64,000 bases of DNA from an uncultured Atopobiaceae bacterium. GTDB lineage: Bacteria > Actinomycetota > Coriobacteriia > Coriobacteriales > Atopobiaceae. Below, piece after piece: positions 57,047 to 64,000 of the stretch. The stretch spans positions 6,356 through 70,355 of the forward strand of contig CANQNP010000001.1 of the NCBI GenBank assembly GCA_947625235.1, given 5' to 3'. The translations under genes and the position numbers were made by a program. The first letter of the stretch is position 1; the number at the start of each line of letters is the position of its first letter. Under the pieces are notes generated by a model, which searched no databases, had not been told where the DNA came from, and saw only the letters and a program-made list of their open reading frames with translations.

Positions 57047-60000
57047 CTAGGCCTCCTTCTGGCTGGGAGCGTGTTCGGGTGCCGGCGCCTGCGCCCTCGG
57101 CCTGAAGTCCGCGATGCGCTGCGAGACGGCGCGCGAGACGCCGTCCGCGCCCATCGACACGCCGTAGAGCACGTCCGCCTTCTCCATGGTACGCCGCTGG
57201 TGCGAGATCACGATGAGCTGCGTCTGGCTCTTGAGCGCATCGAGCGAGGCGAGGAGCTTGTTGAGGTTCGTGTCGTCGAGCGCCTGCTCCACCTCGTCGA
57301 ACACGTAGAACGGCACGGTGCGCGTGCGGTAGACCGCGAAGAGCAGGGCGAGCGCGGTGAGGGCTCGCTCGCCTCCCGAGAGAAGCGACATCTTCGCCAC
57401 GCGCTTCCTTGGAGGCTGGGCCGTGACCTCAACCCCCGATTGCAGCGGATGGGCGGGGTCGTCCATCTCGAGGCGCGCGTCGCCCCCGCCGAAGAGCGTC
57501 TTGAACACGTCGGTGAAGTGCGCGCTCACGTCCTTGAAGGCCGCGAGGTAGGCATCGCGCATCTTGCGCTCGACCGCGTTCGAGATCTTGCGCAGGGCCT
57601 CCTGGGCGCCGAGGAGGTCGTCAAGCGACGACTTCACGCGCTCGAGGCGCGCCTTCGCCGCCTCGTAGCTCGCGAGCGCCGCCTCGTTCACGGGGCCCAT
57701 CTCCTCGATCGCGCGCTCCACCTCGGCGAGCTTGGCCACGAGCGCCTCGGGGTCCCTCGGCTCGGGCAGCGCGAGCGCGTCCTCGAGGCTCATCGCCTGG
57801 AATTGGCGCAGGCGCTCCGTGGCCTGCCGCACGCGCTCCTCGATCACCCCCGCGGATACCTTGAGCTCGGCTTCCTGCGCGGCCGTCTGCTCGGCGGCCT
57901 CGCGCGCGGACCTCGCCTCGGCCTCGGCGCGCTCCACGGTTTCGCGAAGCGTCTTCGAATCCGCCTCCGCGATCGAGGAGCGGTCGACGAGCACGGTCGC
58001 CTTGGCGAGGGTCTGTTGGTGGAGCTCCTCCATGAGCCGATGGAGCGGATCGATGCGTCGACGAAGCACGTCGAGCGACGCCGCGGACGAGCGCACGCTT
58101 TGCCGGCGCTCGTGGAGGGTCACCTTGCGACGCCTCTGCGCCTCGAGCGTGGACGCGAGGGCCTTCCCGCGCTCCTCGAGGCGAAGCTTCGAGAGGGTCA
58201 CGGCACCGAGCTCGTCCTTCGTGCGGTCCGCGATCGCGCGAGCCCGCTCGCGCGCCTCCTCGAGGGCGCCCATGGAGGCGTTGAGCTCGCCCACGCGCGC
58301 CTCGGCCTCCGCCTTCTCGCGCGCGAGGTCCTTGCGGCGCTCGCGGCTCTCGGCGAGCTCGGCCGCCGCCTCCTCGCGCTCCCTCACGAGGCGCGCGATG
58401 TGCTCGCGGCTGCGTGCGAGCGCCCCCTCCTCGCGACCCGCCTCGTGCGCCGTGCGCTCGAGCTCGAGCTCGAGCGCGGCGAGCTCGTCGGTGGTGGCGG
58501 CGAGGTCGCGACGGACCTTCTGGAGGAGGCCCTCGGCCGCCTCGGAGGCGGCGAGCGCCTCCTCGAGACGCGCCTGGAGCTTCGGAAGGCGCCGTAGGAG
58601 CCGCTGGCGCGACCTGTTCCTCGAGAGGGACTGGTCCACCGAGGCGCGCCCCCCTCCGAGGCGCACGCGCCCGTCGGGGAGCACCACCGAACCGTCCCTT
58701 CCGAGGTAGGCGTAGTCGGGATCCGCGTCGTGGCGGGCAAGGGCGCTGAACGCGTCCTCGACGAACGCCACGCGCTCGAAGAGGTTCGCGACAAGCGCCT
58801 CGAGCGAGGGATCGACGGCGCGCACGGGAAGCGCGCGCTCCCCCGCGTGGCCAGGACGCGGGGCGATGAAGCTCGCGCGTCCCCTCTCGTCGAGACGCTC
58901 GGCGACCTCGACGAGCGTCCCCAGCGAGGCGGCGTCGCGTCCCACGAAGGCCCGCACATCGTCGCCGAGGTAGGCGGCGATTGCCTCTTGGTAGTCCTCG
59001 TCGATCTCGAGGAGCTCCCCCAGGCGGGCCTCGAGCGCCGTATCGCCCGCCACCTTCCCGAGTGCCGCTTGGAGCGGCTCCTCGGCAGCTGCGGCACGCT
59101 CGAGGGCTGAGAGCGCGGAGAGCTCGGTCTCCGCGCGCGCGAGCTCGGCCCTCGCGTCCGCAAGCTCGCCCTGGGCGCGCTCGGCGGCTCCCTCCGCCTT
59201 CGCGAGCTCCTTCGTGAGCGCCTGCTCGCGCGCCTCGAGCGCGGGCCTTCGCGCCTCGGCCGCGGCATGGGCGCTCCGCGCGGCCTCGAGCGCCGCCTCG
59301 GCCTCGTCGCGCGAGCGCTCGAGCTCCCCCAAGCGCTCCGCCATGAGGCGATCGCGCGTATCGGCACCGCGAAGCTCCTGCTCGAGGGCCGCGAGGCCGA
59401 GCGTGGCCCCATCGCGCGAGCGCTCGAGCGCGGCGAGCTTCGTGCGGGCGTCCGCGAGGGCCGCGTGGGCCGCGTCGAAGGTCGCCCTCGCCTCCTCGTC
59501 CTCGGTGGCGAGGCGCGCGTGGCGCGCCCTCGCCTCGTCGAGGGACGCCTCGCACTCGTTCCAGGCCTCGTCGTTTGCCCGCAAGGTCCGCTCGAGCTCG
59601 CTCGCCTCGAGCGTGAGCTGGGAGAGCTGGAGGCGCGCGTCGGACAGGCGATCGACGAGGTGGTGGCCCTTCTCCTCGAGGAGCTTCAGGCCGGAGAGGA
59701 TGCTTTCGAGATCCCGCTGCGCGCGTTGGCGCTGCTCGCCGAGATCCCCGACGAAGAGGCCCTTCTCCTCGAGGAGCCGCTTCATCTTCTGGAGCTCGCG
59801 CTCCTTCTCCCGGAGCTGGTAGGTGGCAAGCTCGCGCGCGGCCTCGGCCTCCCGGCGCTGCAGCCCCAGGGCCTCCCACTCGCCTTGGAGGCCGCGCAGC
59901 TCCGAGACGGCGAGCGTCGTCTCTATGAGGGCCTTCTCCTCGCGAAGCTCCGCACTCGCGCGCGCCTGGTCCACCTGCCGCTCGAGCGGCTTGAGGTCGT

Positions 60001-60598
60001 TTCGGAGGATGCGCGCGTAGGAGCGGATGCGCACGATGTCCTCGTCGAGGCGCAAGAGCTTGCGCTCCGCACGCTCGCGCCGCTGGCGGTGCTTGGCGAT
60101 GCCCGCCGCCTCCTCGATGAGGGCGCGCCTGTCCTCGGGGCGGCTCTGGAGCACCTCGCCGAGGCGTCCCTGCGAGATGATCGTATGGGTGTCGCGCCCG
60201 AGCCCCACGTCGTGGAGGAGGTCGCGCACGTCGCGAAGCCGCACCTGCGCGCCGTTCACGAGGTACTCGCTCTCCCCCGAGCGATACATCCTGCGCGTGA
60301 TGGCGATCTCCGAGAAGTCGAGCGCGAGCTCGTGATCCGAGTTATCGAGGACGAGCGTGACCTCGGCGAGTCCCACGGCCCGCCTCTGCGCGGAGCCGGC
60401 GAAGATCACATCCTCCATGGCCTGGCCGCGAAGCGTCTTGGCGCTCTGCTCGCCGAGCACCCAGAGGATCGCGTCGGAGATGTTCGATTTCCCGGAGCCA
60501 TTCGGCCCCACGACCACGGTGAGGCCGGGGTCGAAGGCGAGGCGCGTGCGATCGAGGAAGGACTTGAATCCCTTCAGGGTGAGCGTCTTCAGGTACAC
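57047..60598 (-). CDS. smc: Chromosome segregation protein SMC
   Basis: ORF 57047..61018. Start at GTG 60598 (VYLKTLTLKGFKSF), which has GAGGAG upstream and overlaps the rnc stop by 10 nt. Walker A GPNGSGKSN, long coiled coils, hinge, and signature LLSGGERALTALALLFA. Confidence 0.95.
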   Translation of the reverse strand: MYLKTLTLKGFKSFLDRTRLAFDPGLTVVVGPNGSGKSNISDAILWVLGEQSAKTLRGQAMEDVIFAGSAQRRAVGLAEVTLVLDNSDHELALDFSEIAITRRMYRSGESEYLVNGAQVRLRDVRDLLHDVGLGRDTHTIISQGRLGEVLQSRPEDRRALIEEAAGIAKHRQRRERAERKLLRLDEDIVRIRSYARILRNDLKPLERQVDQARASAELREEKALIETTLAVSELRGLQGEWEALGLQRREAEAARELATYQLREKERELQKMKRLLEEKGLFVGDLGEQRQRAQRDLESILSGLKLLEEKGHHLVDRLSDARLQLSQLTLEASELERTLRANDEAWNECEASLDEARARHARLATEDEEARATFDAAHAALADARTKLAALERSRDGATLGLAALEQELRGADTRDRLMAERLGELERSRDEAEAALEAARSAHAAAEARRPALEAREQALTKELAKAEGAAERAQGELADARAELARAETELSALSALERAAAAEEPLQAALGKVAGDTALEARLGELLEIDEDYQEAIAAYLGDDVRAFVGRDAASLGTLVEVAERLDERGRASFIAPRPGHAGERALPVRAVDPSLEALVANLFERVAFVEDAFSALARHDADPDYAYLGRDGSVVLPDGRVRLGGGRASVDQSLSRNRSRQRLLRRLPKLQARLEEALAASEAAEGLLQKVRRDLAATTDELAALELELERTAHEAGREEGALARSREHIARLVREREEAAAELAESRERRKDLAREKAEAEARVGELNASMGALEEARERARAIADRTKDELGAVTLSKLRLEERGKALASTLEAQRRRKVTLHERRQSVRSSAASLDVLRRRIDPLHRLMEELHQQTLAKATVLVDRSSIAEADSKTLRETVERAEAEARSAREAAEQTAAQEAELKVSAGVIEERVRQATERLRQFQAMSLEDALALPEPRDPEALVAKLAEVERAIEEMGPVNEAALASYEAAKARLERVKSSLDDLLGAQEALRKISNAVERKMRDAYLAAFKDVSAHFTDVFKTLFGGGDARLEMDDPAHPLQSGVEVTAQPPRKRVAKMSLLSGGERALTALALLFAVYRTRTVPFYVFDEVEQALDDTNLNKLLASLDALKSQTQLIVISHQRRTMEKADVLYGVSMGADGVSRAVSQRIADFRPRAQAPAPEHAPSQKEA

Positions 60599-61311
60599 GG
60601 ACGCTCCTCGCTCGTCTCGAATTCCGCCAGGAGGACCTCGAGCGCCACCCTCGCGGCGGCCTTCTCGGCCTCCTTCTTGTTCGAACCCTCGCCCACGCCG
60701 AGCTTGCGATCCCCCACGTAGACCTCGAAGGTGAAGGTCGGCGCATGGGGCGGCCCCACGCGGCCCACGAGCTGGTAGGCGGGCGACTTGTGGAGATGCT
60801 GCTGCGAGAACTCCTGGAGGAGCGACTTCGGCGAGGTCTCGAGGAACGCATCGGGCGTGATGGGCTTCGCGAGCACCGTGCGCCGCACGAACCGCTCGAG
60901 CACCATGCGCCCGCCGTCGAGGAAGATGGCGCCGCAGAGCGCCTCGTAGACGTTCTCGAGCGCCGAGCGCAAGCCTCGGTTGTGGGTCCCGTGTTCGGAT
61001 TCGCCGAGGAAGATGCACGGCCCCAACCCGAGGCCATCCGCCACGCGGGAGAGATGCTCGCCGGAGACGAGCGAGGTCTTCGCACGGGTGAGATTGCCCT
61101 CGTCCATCTCGGGGTTGTGCTCGTAAAGGTAGACCGAGACGATCGAGCCGAGGAGCGCGTCGCCGAGGAACTCGAGGCGCTCGTAGGAATCCTCGATCGC
61201 ATGGCCCTCCACGGCGGACGGATGCGTGAGGGCCTTGCGCAGGAGCGAGGGGTCCTCGAAGGTGTAGCCGATGAGCCCCTCGACCCGCTCGAGCGTTTCC
61301 TCAACCGTCAT
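60589..61311 (-). CDS. rnc: Ribonuclease III
   Basis: 240-aa ORF with catalytic signature ERLEFLGDALL and a C-terminal dsRBD (GEGSNKKEAEKAAARVAL). Confidence 0.95.
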   Translation of the reverse strand: MTVEETLERVEGLIGYTFEDPSLLRKALTHPSAVEGHAIEDSYERLEFLGDALLGSIVSVYLYEHNPEMDEGNLTRAKTSLVSGEHLSRVADGLGLGPCIFLGESEHGTHNRGLRSALENVYEALCGAIFLDGGRMVLERFVRRTVLAKPITPDAFLETSPKSLLQEFSQQHLHKSPAYQLVGRVGPPHAPTFTFEVYVGDRKLGVGEGSNKKEAEKAAARVALEVLLAEFETSEERPCT

Positions 61312-61317
61312 GGGCGG

Positions 61318-61554
61318 CTAGAGCATCCTCATGATCGCGTCGACGGCGTCGCCCACCGTTTCGATCTCGTCGAGGTCATCGTCGTCCACGACGATCTCGA
61401 GCTGGTCCTCGAGGTCGGTGATGATCTCGATCCGATCAAGTGAATCCGCCTCGATGGACTTGAACGTGGTGTCCTCGTCGATGGCATCGACATCGAGGTC
61501 CATGACCTCGGCGATGGCGGAGGCCACCTTCTGAAGCACCTGATCGCGGTCCAT
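61318..61554 (-). CDS. acpP: Acyl carrier protein
   Basis: 78-aa acidic ORF with the phosphopantetheine attachment site IEADSLDRIEI. Confidence 0.9.
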   Translation of the reverse strand: MDRDQVLQKVASAIAEVMDLDVDAIDEDTTFKSIEADSLDRIEIITDLEDQLEIVVDDDDLDEIETVGDAVDAIMRML

Positions 61555-61606
61555 GGGACCTCCTTCGACGAGGGGCCTCGGCCCCTTGGCTCGCTTCGAG
61601 CCTACC

Positions 61607-62596
61607 CTATGCCAAAACCGCCGCTATGTCATCGGCGATGTGCGCCTCGGCGGCCCGCTCGGCCGCGAGGGCGCCGTTCTTCACGGCCTCTTCACTCGTG
61701 GCGCCATGCCCGATCAAGACGGGACCCTTGAGACCGAGGAGCTGGGCTCCTCCGTATTCATCCCCGGAGAGATCGCCCGCGAGGTCCTTCATGGCGCCCT
61801 TCACGAGGAGCCCTCCGAGGGCGGTGAGGGGATTGGCCTTGGCGGCCGCCTTCAGGCGGCGCGCGATGTACTTCGCCGTGCCCTCCATGCTCTTCAGGGC
61901 CACGTTGCCGGTGAAGCCGTCGCAGACGATCACGTCCACCTCGCCGAGGAGGATGTCGGAGCCCTCGCAGTTCCCCTGGAAGTTCACGCCGCGCGCAGAG
62001 GCCGCCTCGAGCGCCTCGTGCGCCGCGATGGTGGCCTCGGAGCCCTTCGTGTCCTCGGTGCCGTTGGAGAGGAGCGCCACGCGCGGCGCGGCAAGGCCGA
62101 GCGCGGCCTTGGCGAGGCACTGCCCCATGAGGGCGAACTCCACGAGCATCTCGGGGCGGCAGTCCGCGTTCGCGCCGAGGTCGAGCATCACGCGGCGCGC
62201 GCCGTCGAGGCCAGGCACCACGGAGGCGAGCGCCGGGCGCGCGCAGTTCCTCACGCGGCCAACGAAGAGCGTCCCCGCGGCGAGGATGGCGCCCGTGGAA
62301 CCGGCCGAGAAGAAGGCGTCGGCCTCGCCCTCGCGCACCGCCTTGCAGCCGCGCACGATGGAGGAATCGCGCTTCGTGCGCACGGCGCGGGTGGGATGTT
62401 CCCCCATGCCGATGGTTTCCGTGGCCACGAGGGGCTCCGTGCGCTCGTGGGAGGCGCAGAAGGGAGCGACTACGTCCTCGGGCCCCGCAAGGAGGATCTC
62501 GAGGCTCGAAGAGGCCTTGAGCGCCGCCTCGCACCCGGCGAGCACCACGTCGCTCGGCTCGTCCCCGCCCACGGCATCGATGCAGACCTTCGCCAT
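61607..62596 (-). CDS. plsX: Phosphate acyltransferase PlsX
   Basis: ORF 61607..62632. Start at ATG 62596 (MAKVCIDAVGGDEPSDVV). Motifs DCRPE, VCDGFTGNV and GHGATS. Confidence 0.92.
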   Translation of the reverse strand: MAKVCIDAVGGDEPSDVVLAGCEAALKASSSLEILLAGPEDVVAPFCASHERTEPLVATETIGMGEHPTRAVRTKRDSSIVRGCKAVREGEADAFFSAGSTGAILAAGTLFVGRVRNCARPALASVVPGLDGARRVMLDLGANADCRPEMLVEFALMGQCLAKAALGLAAPRVALLSNGTEDTKGSEATIAAHEALEAASARGVNFQGNCEGSDILLGEVDVIVCDGFTGNVALKSMEGTAKYIARRLKAAAKANPLTALGGLLVKGAMKDLAGDLSGDEYGGAQLLGLKGPVLIGHGATSEEAVKNGALAAERAAEAHIADDIAAVLA

Positions 62597-62683
62597 CTGA
62601 AACCCCCTCGGTCCCTTGGGCTCGCCCCACAAAAGAGGCCGCCATCGGGCGGCCTCGAAACGTCCGCTGGGAAGCGCGCTCCC

Positions 62684-62863
62684 CTACTCGACGATGAGGA
62701 CCTCGCGATCGTGGTAGTAGCCGCAGCTCGGGCACACGCGATGCGGGAGCTTCACCGCGCCGCAGCGCGGGCACGTGGAACGGGACGGCGTCTCGGCCAC
62801 GCTGTTGGCCGAGCGACGGTGGTGCGTTGCGATCCTGCCCTTTTTCTGCTTGGGGACTGCCAT
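62684..62863 (-). CDS. rpmF: 50S ribosomal protein L32 (zinc-ribbon form)
   Basis: ORF 62684..62878. Start at ATG 62863 (MAVPKQKKGRIATHHRR). CPRCG...CPSCG. Confidence 0.93.
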   Translation of the reverse strand: MAVPKQKKGRIATHHRRSANSVAETPSRSTCPRCGAVKLPHRVCPSCGYYHDREVLIVE

Positions 62864-62939
62864 GGGGTGCCTTTCCATCGAATGACGGCCCGAGGGCCGC
62901 GCGTGCGATCTTCAACAGCCGGCGATTATAGCACCGGCA

Positions 62940-63515
62940 TCAGCCCTCTTCCTTCGCGCCGCCCTTGGTTTTGAAGGCTTTGAGGGCGCTCATCGGATTC
63001 ATCGGGTCGCCCTCGGCCGCGAGGCGCGCCTCGCAATCGCAGGTGCCCTCGTTCAGGTTCTGGCCGCAGTGCGGGCAGAGCCCCTTGCAATCCGGCTTGC
63101 AGAGCACCTTGAAGGGGATCTCCACCGCGATGGCCGAGCGCACGGGAAGCGTGAGGTCGATCACGTCCTCCACGATCGGGAGCACCTCGATCTCCCGCTC
63201 GTCGTCGCCCTCGGCGAAGGCCTCGGGGTCGTCCGCGAAGAGCGCGTCGACGTCGCCCGAGAGGTACAGGCGCGCCTCCTCGAGGCAACGGTCGCAGGTG
63301 CCCTGGAGGCAGGCCTCGACGCTTCCCATCGCGAGGATCGTCTCGCCCGTGTTCGTGATGGTGAGCTCGTAGGCGATGCCATCGGGCGCGCTGAACACGC
63401 GGTCCCCGACGACGAAATCGTCGACCGCGAGCACGCCCTCCACGTCGAGGGCGCTCCCCGCCTCGGCGAGCTTGCTATCGAGGCGCACCGTGAGGGTGTC
63501 CGCCACGCCTACCAA
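62940..63515 (-). CDS. yceD: YceD/DUF177 family protein (large-subunit rRNA accumulation protein)
   Basis: 191-aa ORF with the C-terminal Cys cluster CKPDCKGLCPHCGQNLNEGTCDC, in the conserved position upstream of rpmF. The start is either TTG 63515 or GTG 63506. Confidence 0.85.
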   Translation of the reverse strand: MVGVADTLTVRLDSKLAEAGSALDVEGVLAVDDFVVGDRVFSAPDGIAYELTITNTGETILAMGSVEACLQGTCDRCLEEARLYLSGDVDALFADDPEAFAEGDDEREIEVLPIVEDVIDLTLPVRSAIAVEIPFKVLCKPDCKGLCPHCGQNLNEGTCDCEARLAAEGDPMNPMSALKAFKTKGGAKEEG

Positions 63516-63991
63516 CCCTGCGAGCGGTCGTAGGCGGTCTGGGTGAGCGTGGCGCGGCAGCTCGAGACCGACGACACGACGGAGTTGAGGTTCTCCTCGA
63601 GGCGCGTGAGCAGGCTCTCGACGTATTCCTCCGCGTTGTAGCGGGTGTCCCTTTCATAGGCCTGCGCCTGGTTGCGCACTTCCTCGGCCTGCTGGTTGGC
63701 GAGGCGCACGATCTCCTGGTCGCTCGCGAGGATCAGCGCCTGCTGCTGCGCGTCGCTGATGATCGAATCCGCCTGCTGCTCGGCATGGGCGAGGATCTCC
63801 GCCTCGGCCTTGCGCACGCGACGCGCCTCCGTGAACTCGCGATCGAAGAGGTCGCGGATCTCGTCGGTGATGGCGAAGATGTCTTCGGGGTCCACCTGCT
63901 TGCGCCCCCCGCCGCCGAAGACCGGCTTAGCGTCTTCCACGAGGTCATCGAGGTCTTGGAGGAGGTTTTCCAGCTCTTCACCCGGCTGCAT
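63509..63991 (-). CDS. Hypothetical coiled-coil protein (ATP-synthase-b/DivIVA-like heptad composition; family not identified)
   Basis: 160-aa ORF with high GC3 and acidic coiled-coil sequence (AEAEILAHAEQQADSIISDAQQQALILASDQEIVRLANQQAEEVRNQAQ). ATG at 63991. It is coupled to yceD. Confidence 0.6.
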   Translation of the reverse strand: MQPGEELENLLQDLDDLVEDAKPVFGGGGRKQVDPEDIFAITDEIRDLFDREFTEARRVRKAEAEILAHAEQQADSIISDAQQQALILASDQEIVRLANQQAEEVRNQAQAYERDTRYNAEEYVESLLTRLEENLNSVVSSVSSCRATLTQTAYDRSQGW

Positions 63992-64000
63992 TTTTGCTCC

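Overview
This is a 64-kb, very GC-rich, gene-dense segment of chromosomal core from a high-GC Gram-positive bacterium. It looks like Actinomycetota, and the gene order and content resemble Coriobacteriia, but that placement is inference only because no search was run. I support about 56 protein genes, one tRNA-Asn, several intrinsic terminators and three leader or attenuator candidates.

Almost everything from 1 to 38.7 kb is on the minus strand, in tightly coupled housekeeping operons:
- comEA-comEC and thiI
- pyrR-pyrB-pyrC-pyrK-pyrD-pyrF-pyrE followed by mihF-gmk-rpoZ
- a GT2 plus ABC-2 glycopolymer-export cluster
- rimP-nusA-infB-rbfA-nrnA-truB-ribF-dnaG-rpoD
- leuS and guaB
- ileS-lspA-rluD plus a membrane GT2 synthase

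The interval 38.7-48.5 kb is a looser, mixed-strand patch punctuated by terminators. It carries a C45 Ntn-hydrolase, a NodB deacetylase, pepC, a GadC-like permease, fucO and azlCD. The right end carries a nitroreductase, folD, a cyclodeaminase, ftsH, an L,D-transpeptidase and the Firmicute-like block yceD-rpmF-plsX-acpP-rnc-smc-ftsY-ffh.

I see no rRNA, CRISPR array, transposase, integrase, phage gene or recognisable defence or toxin system, so I cannot honestly name a new system here. The pieces most worth a second look are:
- a two-gene cassette of unplaceable proteins at 36742-38664
- a histone-H1-like Lys/Ala-rich N-terminal extension of RpoD that contains a 110-bp in-frame duplication
- a kinase-less zinc-ribbon/TM/3xPASTA protein
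- a Cys3His tail on NusA, with no ylxR between nusA and infB
- structured leaders in front of the permease, ileS, rimP and pyrR

The many long ORFs antisense to these genes are stop-codon-poor frames of GC-rich DNA and were rejected. The supplied ORF track uses the longest ATG/GTG/TTG start. Several starts below were therefore moved downstream on the basis of Shine-Dalgarno sites, 4-nt start/stop overlaps and conserved N-termini.
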